DNA from: Tricharina praecox
Lineage: Eukaryota
NCBI RefSeq assembly: GCF_024521635.1
Contig: NW_026250405.1
Span: forward strand, 496,001 to 560,000
Direction: 5' to 3'
DNA length: 64,000 bases
Translations under genes and position numbers: made by a program
Notes under the pieces: generated by a model
Databases searched by the model: none
Seen by the model: the letters and a program-made list of their open reading frames with translations, nothing else
What the model was told of the DNA's origin: nothing
Shown here: piece by piece, positions 24,318-36,314 of the stretch
Layout: the number at the start of each line of letters is the position of its first letter
Position numbering within the stretch: position 1 is the first letter of the stretch

Positions 24318-27300
24318 CTACTTCTTTTTTTTCCCCATGAACCATGAATACACGGCATCCCGTCGGCAAGCCCGAACGCAGCAAGCGGGTAGACTAGCGG
24401 TACGAATAGGGTTCAATATCTTTTCGAGGACTGCGTAGCATGGCGGAGCCACTGCAAGCTGTTGTGAGCGCCGGCGCGGAGGCGGGGAGTTTAGTAAGCC
24501 AAAGAAGCGGAAGGCTGAAGTTCAGATATACATATCGGAGCTATTCGCGGAAGAAAGCACTGCCCGGCTATACTGCGTTTCTTCTGCGGCGATGGAGCTT
24601 GCAGAGGAAGAGCGAGATGCAGGTGAGCTGTCACGGTGGCAAAGATGTGTGGCGGGTGTGCGCTCACGTAAGTTCTTATGTCATCCGGCCGTTGGCGGCG
24701 GGCGGCAACGGAGATTCCGCTAGGCGACTTCTAGAGTACTCGAATGGAACCTGGAGGAGACGGGATATGACAGATAGGTGTCATGGTTGGGAACGGCCGG
24801 GAACGGCCGAATGTAATGTGAAACAAAGCTCCGTGCGATGAGGGCTCAATGCCTGGGCTAGCACTCGTTTCCACGGGTTTTGGATTCCCTGCAACAGCGA
24901 GTTACTTAGGAGGAATTTCTCCCTTGACGAACGGGAGGAGACTCCGTTCCTTCCCAATCACTCCAGTATCCTCCAGCAGTTCAGCAGGAAAAACGATGTC
25001 AGCTAAGAATACCCATTGCGCGGTAGACGGCGGTGTGCCCTAGATACGGCCCGCTAGGGAGATTATGTGGTGATACTAACTGAGAAACAATGCTTCCCTA
25101 TAGAGCCACGCCGGAAAGGTCAAACGAGAGGGTAGGCGAGGAAGATCGAAAAGCGAAGAGGGCGGTTATGCGGGGAGCAGACAAGGGCAGAACGGGGGAA
25201 GGAGGAGCAGGAAAGGGAGAGTAGCAGATGAAGAGAAGGAAAGTAGGAGGCAGGATTCAGTGTGTGCATGCTTGCGTGGTGTGACATGAAGGAAGAGGGT
25301 ACAGTTGATCTTATGCAGTAAGCTTGAAACCCTAAAGGACCGAGGTCGACTTGTGGAGGCGAGGGAAGGGTGCATAAGAGTGGTCGGTGAGCAGGAGAAG
25401 GTGGCTATATCTCTTTAGCTCATACTTTCCTCCCATCTGATGCGAGTAGATCCGCTCAATTGCTTCACCAACGTCTGCATAATGTTCACCATCACCACCG
25501 TCATCATGAGTCCAACCGCCCGCCCTATGCCCGGTTTTATGTCTTTACGTTGTTTAGCTCCATCCCACTCCACTTTCAACTTCATCAGCCCCACCGCTCC
25601 ACCGCCCACCTTCGATTTGGACGTCATTGTGTGTGACTCGATTATCTCCAGTCCTTTCAGGCCGTCTTAACAATCTATGTCGCAAGGTAAGCTATGTCCT
25701 TAGATAAGTGACGAGACATGAGTCAAGGCGAGAAGTTCTCTGGGATAATGCGCGATCTTCGAGTCTACGAACTTTCAACTCATGTGAGTCTGTCAGCATG
25801 GAGTCAAAAACAATCCAAGTCAATCCGTGTCGACAATGCCATATTTCAACCGACCTTACTAGCAGAAACTCAAGTATCATATGCATCAAACGACTTTGTT
25901 GAGAGCTGAAGTTGCACGATAGTCGTCTTTGACAGCTGGTATGTAGATCCCATTGATAATTACACGGCAAGTTCCGGAGGCCAATGGGAGTCGAGGTATC
26001 AGTGCTACCATGTGTTGACACCATGTTCCGCCAGAACCATATGTAAGCACTACCGCACACTATATATCCACAGTGATGGATACCGACCACACAATTATAT
26101 ATTGCTTTATATTCGTCCGTTTGCTGGGCACAGTGTATGTTCTGATGCGGGACTTCATTCAGCTGTACATATTACAAACAATTGCCAGTCATCAATGCAC
26201 TTCTCCATACACCGTCGACTATCCAGTGCAGGGCAGTAACGATACCTGTAGGTTTTGGGAGCCATCTCGGTCTAATGTGTCGAAAACCAGTATGATGGCT
26301 TCCCGGATTACCAGACATGAAACGGAACCGGGGATACTTAGTACTTAGTATGTACCGTCAGATTCTGTGACTCTAAGAGCAGCTCACGGACGGTAAATGA
26401 CTAGTTTCTTCCCCACCCACATCTCCCGTCTTACCTTGCGGCTATCTGGTGTGCACGGCTGTCGGGTTCTCGCTTGTAGACCAGGCCATTGGGGCCATAA
26501 AGCACGCTCTGAGCATGACTAGTAGCGATCTGCCCCAGGAACGAACATGTCAGCCATCAGACATGCAACTTCATTATTCACCCTCGCCTTGCTGAATGCT
26601 GGTGCACCCGCTTTGCCGGGTGCCCTGCTTACGGGCTGCCAACCGAGATCCTCATAGACGAGCAGTGAGGAACAGCTGGACCAGACCAAGAAGATTGCCG
26701 CAGGGAAGAAAGTGATCACCGCTATCAGTAAGGCAGGATGGGGGCTAAGTAGAGTAATTCTGCTAGGCACAGAGGTTGTAAGCACTTCACTAGAGAACCA
26801 GCCTTTCCCGTTCGATGGGGCTATCACCAAACTACCTAGAAAACTTCGGCCGGCGATAGCTCCGAGCAAAACATCTACATACAAGGAAAGCTCAATGCTG
26901 ATGGAGCATAGAGTTAGGCATTCAGCACAGCGGCGACCTATCGTTGTTATGCCCGATTTCTGGTAGCCAGGCAGTGGTACATATCACATATCTGCCAGGT
27001 AATAAAAAGTCTGTATTGCCGTGTAAATTTTGGCCCTGGGTGACGCGCGCACGCGCAACCGCCGGTGAAACTTAGGCTAGAACTTGCTCATGGCGTTTTC
27101 TCGATCGTTTGATCTATCAAGAAACTCGTGAAACATACTCGGGTTTTTACCGGGCTTTGCCGAAAATAGACAGGCGCCTTGACCCCGCTGTGCTACCTCG
27201 AGGCAACCATCCCCAGTTATGTAGGCCGCCCACCGGCGAAGCTCCCTTGGAGTTTTACCGGGTCTTGAACATAGAGATGTTCACGTGCAAACTCGAGGTG

Positions 27301-28955
27301 ACTATGTCCGTTAAGGTGTTTACGCTATGGCACGGCCCAAGTCAACTCGAAGGATGTCGGGTTCGCCTGGGGAGTCTACACTAGAGCTCAAGTACATCCA
27401 AACGAGATACCCGCTAATCTGACCGCATGCATATCTGGAGGGAACATGCGTCAGTGGAGACGCAGCCTCGAAGCGCCTTTACCCGGGCAGACTCGATGCG
27501 ATGGATGATTGTCGGTGACGCTCTCTTCCCCAGCGGCGAAACCCCTCGTCATCGTGTCACGGACTGTCCACCGGAGCTTAGCCAGTCAACTACTGGGCTT
27601 CTTGACATCGCTGGATGATAACCCATCTGGCGTGACTCCTCCGGTCGACCAATGCTCAGAATCAACCGATTCCTTCGGGGCGATAATCGATTCAGTGATC
27701 GATGCTGTCGTAATACCACGGGTGGAATGCACGTCTTCTTGAAATTACTGCATGTCAGGAAGTTCCTCCGTTCCAGCGATTTCCTAACAATTCTATCGCC
27801 AGATCAAGTGTGGAGTAGACACGCATCATCTAGTATGACTGGCCGTACCCCCGGAGGAGGGCCTAAAATTCACGACGTCGGTCATTGAGGCCGCCCCCGA
27901 GCTATCGCTACCACCTCAATCTCACAGACTGTGTTGATGTACATATCAGTTGATACATAACTACCGGAGGAACGTGACTGGCCAGGTTCCGTGACTAACG
28001 GAATCGATAATAGCGTCAGTCATTGCCGTGTTGATCCGAAGTTCGCGTGGTGTTGAAGAAATGGTGCATCAGCCACATGTCGCACAAGCAGCCTCGACTC
28101 AGCCTCACCACTCACCGACGGATTGATTGTTAATAGCACCGCATTGGGCACTATTAGGGGTGATTCTAGAAGGCCATGCTACCGTTTCAGATTTGTTAGC
28201 ATGCTGTTAATTGGCCGTTCTGGCCACTTTGTGGCGTGCGCACAGCTCACCAGCCACTATCCGTTTGTAGCTCTCAGCCCAAGCTAACGTCTCACAGCTA
28301 CAAACTTTCGAGCCGCCAGCCAATCTCACCTCTGCTTGCCGGATCAAAAAGAAAAGAGATTATGCAGATCAGGCCGTCCCTCTCCTCTCCCTAGAGGCCC
28401 TTGTTCCTGATCTCATCCGTGGAACTCGAGTTCTCTGTCCACTCGGATCGCAGAGCTCAAGAGGTGCCTCACCTGATTCCCCGCTTGCTTGGCTTGACGA
28501 ACACAGGCCCGCAACTGCGGGCATCTTAATCAGTTCGTATTAACTTCGGCGTGAGACTTGGAGTAATCCCGGGATGTTGTTCTACCCCCTACGAAACAAA
28601 CTGACTGATCAGATCCGCTGCCATGGTTGTTGGGGCTCATGATGTTATCCAGCAGAGCCCTACGGCTTGGTTAGTCAGTCCGCACGCTCAGTAGATCATT
28701 CCCCAGTCCACAGCTGTACGGTTCAAGTCCATGCTATCACCGTATAGGGAAGGAGAAGCATATATTATACAGATGCTGCAGATGCAAGCAGTATCGTCCA
28801 GATCTCCGGAGAATCATCGAGGCAACCCAACTTACCGTCTTCACTTGAGGTCTTACAACTTTTCCGAATCCGGAATCTTACCTCTCCCACGCTTATACTG
28901 CCTCTGAAGTATCTCGGTCTCGCATATAAGACTTTTGGTTCACCCGGGTTTTGAA

Positions 28956-29810
28956 ATGGCATCAAACAGTCGAGGAAACAACAGACAGTCTTCTAGATAC
29001 CCCAGCATACCAGCTTTTCCTTCATCCATCTCATCCTCCAAAGCTTCCTGTTCTTCTTCCTCACAGCCCCATTATCTTCACCCAGTCCTCGAAGGCCAAA
29101 CCGACTACTTCAACAAGAACTTCGTTGAAATCTCCGCAGAAGCAGACGAAATGCCTAGCTACTCCAGCCCCGACTATTCCCACCAGGCCCGCCCCAGCCA
29201 GGTGATCTCCATCACGGAGATCAACCAGATGCGACAGACTCTGAGAAGCCGCCGAGTAAACACTCTCACTGAGCTCCGCCGAATCGAGAGTGTCCTCACG
29301 ACGCTCCCCAACTTTACGACCGAGCTCATCCATGAGATAACCGACTCCTGGGGCTACTACGTGAGCTCGAACAACTTTCTGAACGAGCTCCGCGGCCTCA
29401 CCAGGCAGTATCCTTTCAGCAACGAGCTCTTGGAGGATGCCAAGGCACGGGTACTCAACGACCCCAGCAGCAGCAGGTCCTGGAACTTTGCTTGGCTCCT
29501 TCTGGCCAAAATCAAGAATGAGTGAGTTCTCGTCCTCGGGCACGGGTTCACCAGGCCGGTAAAGCTGACAGGGTTTGATTGCTTGCAGTCAATTGATTCC
29601 TGTGTACGCACAGAGGGTAGCCTACCAGCCTTCGCAGTGGGGTGGTGTTCACCCCGATCCCAGGAACGCTGCCGAACTGGCGAATGTTTTGAGCCAGGAG
29701 TGGACCAGTACGTTGCCATTTTTCAACTATATCCCGACTTTATGCTGATATTCTGCTTAGGAGCTGTGGAACAGCTGCTGAGGCATTGGCCAACCGCGCC
29801 GGCCTGGTAA
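28956..29810 (+). CDS. Hypothetical fungal protein, 3 exons
   Basis: Long codon-biased ORF (RSRRVNTLTELRRIE...YVSSNNFLNELRGLTRQYPFS...RSWNFAWLLL). Canonical introns restore KND|QLIPVYAQ...QEWT|RAVEQLLRHWPTAPAW*. Confidence 0.82.
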
Positions 29811-32452
29811 ACCAATCATTTGGTGCCAATCCCTCATGGTTCAATTTGGGGATACCCGGGCTGCGTTGGCCACTGTAGCTTCTGGAATCTTCACTTTTGA
29901 CATAGCCATGTCAGGGACTAGCTGGGCGCCGAGGCACCTGTGGAGCGAAACGTGATCCTACGAATTTCTTATGTTTTCTTTCAGTCTTTGCCTTTTCTGT
30001 TTACAGCTGGGTGGGGTTAAGCCCCATTGATATGGCTGGTTACTTGGAACAGATTTTCCTATTGGATGCCGAGTTTTGTTTTGCTTGTTTCTGATTTTAC
30101 AATGTTTTATCTGTCGATGCAATACAATGGAATTCGAATTCTTCCAAACCCAAACCCTGTTTCTCCGTAATTCGTGGGCGAGTGAACCCGTGTTTCAACT
30201 ACAGACCTCGACGTCGGTTCCGAAATTCGCAGGTGGGTGTTCGAGATCTTGGTAGGTGTGGCGTAGTTTTGCGGATCTCGCATTAGGTACGGCCCGGGGT
30301 TCGGACCCGCATAACGAATGGGTGGAACCGACACATCATTGTGGCGCCGTCATCGTGTGCACCGCCCCGAAGAAGCGAGCGCAACCCGGTATCCGCATGG
30401 ATCCGAGCTGATCCCTGGGTTTGGTGGGTGGGTGTCTGCCACTCTAGAGTAGAGTAGAGATCTAGAAGAGCGGATTAGCAAGTATGTACGATTGAAGTTA
30501 TTCTGGTGGCCGTGGCGCTTATTTTGGCGGGGGGACAAGGTGGGGATCATAGGCGTTTATGCCCTGCCGGTGACCGACAAAGCTGTGCATACCCGCACCT
30601 GCGCGGCCTGACATACATACATGCAACCTTATTGCTTTCGTGTACCGTGAGCATTGCAAATCTACCGACCCGCGGTATGTGCAATATACATCCCTCATGC
30701 TATTCTGATACCTCACGTTTCCCTTAATGACAAATCTAAGTAGTTACATATACACCGACTTTGATTCCAGAACCACAAATACTGTAATTCAACTCCACAT
30801 CCACCGTCACCGCATTTATTTCCGTGTTGGCATAGGTAGATCCACGAGGCGAGCGCGGGCAAGAGCGCGGGCGCGGGGGACGGAAATATCTACATACCGT
30901 GCGCGTCTAATTTTAAGGCTCCCCCCCCCGGCGACGGCTGTGGTTAGCGAGAATCGGAAACAAGTGTGGCTGGACTGTGGAGAGGCTCGTTCGGCTATGC
31001 AGAGTACTATAGTTAAGGCCAGCCACGTTCGTTTTGGGGGCCGATACGTAGATAGCGGCGCGATTTTGGTGATTGGAAAGGAGACCGGGGAAGAGAAGGA
31101 GTCTCGAAGACGAGAATGAGAAATCGGGATTTCGTGGTAGTGTGGCTATGGCAGAAGGATATTTTTTTGCTTGTAGAAGGCTTGATCTCTAAAAAAACTC
31201 CTCCTCTGACAAGTTGGCGAGCAATCCGGCATTTCCTGCTCGGTCGCTGGAACTGTACTCGGGAGACTCTACAAAGAAACACATGATGTCACTCGAACGT
31301 CAAGATATGAGCCAACGTCCTTGAGAGTCAGTTTCACGTTCGGGTTTCTTGTCTCTGCCAATATTTTCTAGTTCGCGCTTTTAGTCACATGGCTATGGTC
31401 AATGATGCTGCCCGCAGACGTCTCCGGTTACCTAGTTCCCATAGTTCTAGATTGCCAATGTCGTGTCATTTCTCACCTGGGTCAGCATCACTCGTCCTTA
31501 GTATGTACCTTACCCGAACGGCCGACCGACCGACTGAAAGAGCCACCTTACTCGGTGGTGAAAATCTGGGGGGTGTCGGCCGACGTTAGAAGCGCATGGT
31601 GACGATCCGGACCCGAAACGCCCGCCCAGCCACCGGTGGATCCGTAGGGTAAGGCAACATGGGTGAATCTCAAGCACCCGAAGTTTGTGAAAGAAGAAGT
31701 TGTATCGGATATGATCTAAAGGGCCGTAGAGCCTATGGAAAGTGATGTGTGGCGTAAGCTGCGATCCGTGCCGCGCACAGTCAGACCCTGCAAAAGTGAC
31801 TCAATGCCCAATGGTTGCCACCAACGAAGGCCCGAGCCACTCTTGTTATGTAAGTCGCGGTAAAAAGAATAGGATGAAGATTACGGCATCATCTAGAAGT
31901 ACGGTAACGGTTTCACCCTCTTTCTACTACTGTAAAATACGTACCTAAGCAACTTGTAAACTCTCGGAGTACTATATGAGTGATGCATCAGCCACACTAC
32001 GCTGTTATCATCATACATACCGTCAGATTGGTGAAGAAATAAAATGGCTCCACCACTACTGCTGACCAACCAACCGTCAAGACTTTGACGGCGGAAGCGG
32101 GAGGCAGCTTTCGCATTTTTCCGACCTCTAAAACCGTCTGCCATCACAAACTAGTCCTCACCCCCTCTCCTGGTAGTGACAGTGGCTGAGGATGACGTGG
32201 AACGCAAGGAAATCGCAGACAGGGCTCATCTAGAGTTTTAATTTTCCCCTCAAAGGCACACAGATCAGCTCGTGTACCGTAATCCATCAACTGCAGGGAC
32301 TTTCAGAAATCGAAGGACGGCGAAGGATAACGATTCTTGCCAGCTGTGTGACGACTAATATCCTGTTAGCCTCGCTGTGGATATAGTACTGGCCCGCCCC
32401 GAGAAACCCACTGTCTCGCCGCGAATAACCTGCTGGCCTTACCATGGTTACC

Positions 32453-33885
32453 GCGCTGTCTTTATCGTTCGTTCAAGCGCAGAAAGACGTCGCATCAGAT
32501 CCATTCAAAGCACACGGCATGTCGTTCGTTCGTTCAACGTAGACAGTATTTTTGTGGCGGAGCGTGTCCGTCGTGGGGGCACCTACCACTTTATAATTTT
32601 CGAATTGATATTTCCAGCACGGAAAAAACCCCGCGTGGTCTAGTGGTCTAGGCCACGCAATCGGCGAGGGGAGTTGAGGGAAAGGTCCAGGTTCAACCCT
32701 GGTAGAAGAACTTTCTATTCAGCTCTTGGGGTTTCCAAGCCACCTGCCGCGGGTGGTGATGGTTTTTGTTTTTGTTTTCGGCGTGACGGAGGGAGCATTA
32801 GCCGGATATCACTCGGTCGTAGCCGAGTGATCCGAGCCAGGGGTACGCTGTGAGTGAAGAAACCGTTCTAATCGAACTCATCCCTTCTGTTTGTCAGTGA
32901 CCACCCACACTTCGTATCTCCACGCTGGAGACTGCACGGCGCTGTCATACCTACAGCCCCGAGACTGTGTGAAAGCCCGCCGTGACCGACTTGGAGCCAC
33001 CGCTGTCGACCTTCTCTGAGCCACGAGCGATCTCCCACACACCGCCCCTAAGCAAGTAGGTCGTTTACGAAACTTCATGGTGAGTCGACGTCGGAGATGA
33101 AGCCAGTAAGCGTTTAGATGGATGCCAATATGAAAGTACCGTCACGATTACTTAAATATTCCGGCACATACCCTCACAGCGAGTCACTCGCAATGAGGTA
33201 TGTACCGGTTAGGCGCGACCACCTGCATCCATGGAGGAGCCACAACGAGCCGAGTCGCCCGCGGACTAACCGATAGCGAATTTCTCGGGCAGTGAACGGG
33301 AAAAAGTGCGTGTACATTGCAATGATCTACTCTAGATAGGCCACCAGCAATCTATGGTAAAACAAACGGTCTGTGGTCGGCGATAAGCGGGCATCCTCCC
33401 GGCCGTCCGCCAACTTCCCTGGTTGGTGGAGGGTAATACTGCTGCCTAGGCATGACGTTTCGCTTCTTCGCCGGTATGTAGATCACTCTGCTGCCCGTGT
33501 AAATGTGGGATTGTTCATTTGATGTGACGATATGTCAGCACCGCATCATGCTCGGTGGATCGCAGGACCGATGATGCAGGGTACATGCCGTTGGTCGACA
33601 ACGACATGAATGTGAACTGGGGATGTATATGCGATTGAGCATTGGACATTCATTATTGCTGTAAGGATTGTACCCCGCGGAAATGTTGAAAGAGAAGGCT
33701 CTTCGGCGACGGGGACAGGCGTAACTAACACCCACTGAATGGGGCATAGTTAGCGCGTCCCCTGATGCAAACCACTATCTACCGTTCATGCATGTAGACT
33801 ACCTCACCTTGCCGGCGCTGTCAACTTTCAAGGCTCGGTGAGCCCGAATGCTCAGCAATGTAGTCACAATACCACTGCTGCCGCC
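32453..33885 (+). repeat. Dispersed non-coding repeat, copy 1 (block order B-C-spacer-A)
   Basis: By-eye alignment: 32453-32817 to rc(57345-57704); 32822-33153 to rc(56286-56624); 33698-33885 to rc(57704-57921). Confidence 0.85.
32616..32767 (+). ncRNA. Candidate tRNA-derived RNA polymerase III transcription unit / SINE-like structured RNA, copy 1
   Basis: TTTATAA at 32590-32596, A box TGGTCTAGTGG 32636-32646, B box GGTTCAACC 32690-32698, several hairpins, TTTTT run from 32763; second homologous copy at 57435-57574. 5' end is estimated. Confidence 0.62.
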
Positions 33886-34207
33886 ACTGCAAACGGTCGT
33901 CGCTGTGGTGCATCTCCAGCATTACGTAAGGGCCCTCAAGTTGTACGGGCAGAACCGGACTCGGGATGTGGAGATTCCTTAACTTTCACCAATGTGCCCT
34001 TCCTGCCCTCACACGAGGATGAGGCTGAGGATAGTTAATTATTCCCTGAAATTCCAGCGCCTCACGGAGTGGGCGGTGGAATCACATGTCATCACGTCGG
34101 CTCCCATCCATCGTCTCACTCACTTTGCTGTCCAGGGTCCAGTGGGTGTGGAGACGTCCACCGGCGCAGTACCTACCGGCACCGCCGATTACTTTGGATC
34201 GAAGCGA

Positions 34208-34269
34208 GAAGTGGAATCTCAGAGATGGCCCTACGGAAAGTAGAATCTCAGATGGCCCTACAGAAAGTG
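34208..34269. repeat. Imperfect tandem duplication, about 30 bp unit
   Basis: AAGTRGAATCTCAG(AG)ATGGCCCTACRGA twice. Confidence 0.75.
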
Positions 34270-36260
34270 TCTTATCCCGTGCGGCCCCTTCTCCACGTGC
34301 TTCCGCTCATACATATGATATATCAGCAGGATCCCGCAGACATCGAGCAGCCGCTCGCCCAATTCGCATCACTTAACGAAGGAGCTGCCGATATGAACGG
34401 AAGCAAGATCGCTATAATCACGCGATGATGCAGAGCGCGGTGGCACCCCGCGCCAGGCGGGCGTGCTCGAGTGCGGCATGTCGATAGTGTTCTCGGTACA
34501 TGTATACTCTAGTGTACGAATTGAAAGCACTTTTATCCCCCCTCTCCCCCACGTCCACCCAGCCCAACGATATGCACCAGCTAGGTAGGCTCCTCTCGTG
34601 AGCCGCACATCTAGAGCGCCGCGGACACCGCCCTGCTCAGAATGAATGCACGGCGTCACGACATCAGCCCTATGTGCTGGGTATATAGTGCTTGTTCTAG
34701 GGCTGAACCCCGCACTGCACTCCCGCCGTTCCGTACCAGGGAAGGCTCGTGTCTTTCCCAAGAGCGGCTGGTGGGTAAGGTGCGGTGCGGATGGGCTTAT
34801 AAAGCCTCGCGCATCCATTCAACTGCTGACAGGATATATGTCCACCACCACCCACCCACCACCCACCTCGACCACCACCACCGCTACATACCGCCGCCGC
34901 GGCCGCCACCACCACCGTCACGCCCCCCTCCACCACCACCACCGGTGCACCCCCAACAATGCGCCCACGCACATCCGTCGACGCCCCCCCCACATCCACC
35001 AAGGAACCAGTTTTCGCCGACAGTCAGCCGAATCACGGCTCATGAGCGCCGCTACTCAATATGGCGCAATAGTTAAACGGTAGGTTCCGTGTTTGACACC
35101 CAGCCGGGAGTGAACAATGGATTGACAGATCGCAGCCACGCCACGAAGCGAGTTCCCAGTACCACCTCACCAACTCACCACTTCACCACCTCACCTCCGA
35201 GACCCCGTACCGGATCCGGGAGTAGTTATACGCTGAGATCTTAATCGGCACCATCATACTCGCCCGGGGGGTTCGACGCAATGGAAAACTAACCCCACTC
35301 CCCAGATGTGGGGAGAGGGTTGGGAGACACAAAAGCTTGGAACAACAAACGGGTAGCGCCGTTGAACCTTGGTGGGTGCTATGATGGACTTTGACGTGAG
35401 TAGTCACAAAACGCATGACTCGAGCCAAAAAGTAAAATGACTTGATTCAATACGTAATGACTCGAGCCAATAAACCACAGCACTCGAGTCACCCAAATGG
35501 ACGATACAACTCCAGCCTCCTCCTGTCGCCCTCCGACCCGACGGACCCGGATTTCCGGTCCTATCGATACATACAATCCCGCATCGAGCCGCACAAGCTG
35601 ATCGACAGTACCTTCCACGTTTGTTGTGGTCGGAGTTCCTGACATCCCCATGCCATCCGCCGCGCCCAATCCCTCGCCTAATTAATGTGTGTGTATCCCG
35701 AAGCTTCATGCGCCCGGGGCGAGCATGTAACCACGCACGCACGAACGCACGCACGGAGTAGGAGCGTCGGAGACGGATCGGAGACGGCAGCCAGCATTCC
35801 TCCGGCCGTCCGCTCCGAGATCGCCGGATCCGCTGGTTGCGGCTACCGTTTGCGGCCACCACCGCCGCCGCCGCCGAGGAACCTGGCGCGCAATAGTCAC
35901 AACTTACCCAACCCAATCCTGCTCCATGATGAAATATGTAGTGTTCGCCGGCGCGATGCGTGTGACCCGAGCGACGGCGACGGCGACGACCGTGGTACCT
36001 ACTGTCATACCCACTGATATTATACCCAGCATACTTACTCGTGCCCTTACCTGCTGGCAACCACCGTGTCCACCGATGCGAAGGGCACATCGACTCTCCA
36101 GGCCGTGGCTCGAACTTTGTGCAGAATATTTTGCGTCCGGTTCCTTGATTTCATTGATGTCGGTGCTCCAGCCTCCCCAGCGCCCAGGCTGCCTGCCCGC
36201 GGATAGCAGCAGCAGCATACCTGCTCCAGCCTCCAGTGTCGACCACTTAACCAATCTACC

Positions 36261-36314
36261 TATGTAGAGTATGTAGAGTATGTAGAGTATGTAGAGTATG
36301 TAGAGTACGTAGAG
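36261..36314. repeat. Minisatellite (TATGTAGAG)x6
   Basis: Direct reading; last unit imperfect. Confidence 0.9.

Noticed and set aside
30250..30312. A-box/B-box-like words TGGCGTAGTTTTG ... GGTTCGGACC
   Set aside because: Poor A box, no cloverleaf, no terminator and no second copy; probably chance.
31570..31690. Possible HDV-like ribozyme (GGCAACA followed by a GGGTG/CACCC hairpin)
   Set aside because: Could not build the P1/P2/P3 pseudoknot. CTGATGA words I checked elsewhere also lack the hammerhead GAAA core.
32629..32710. Calling the duplicated unit a real tRNA (Glu/Pro-like D arm) or tRNA-Sec
   Set aside because: No acceptor-stem pairing after the T arm, T loop is 6 nt, and there is no canonical anticodon arm in either copy.
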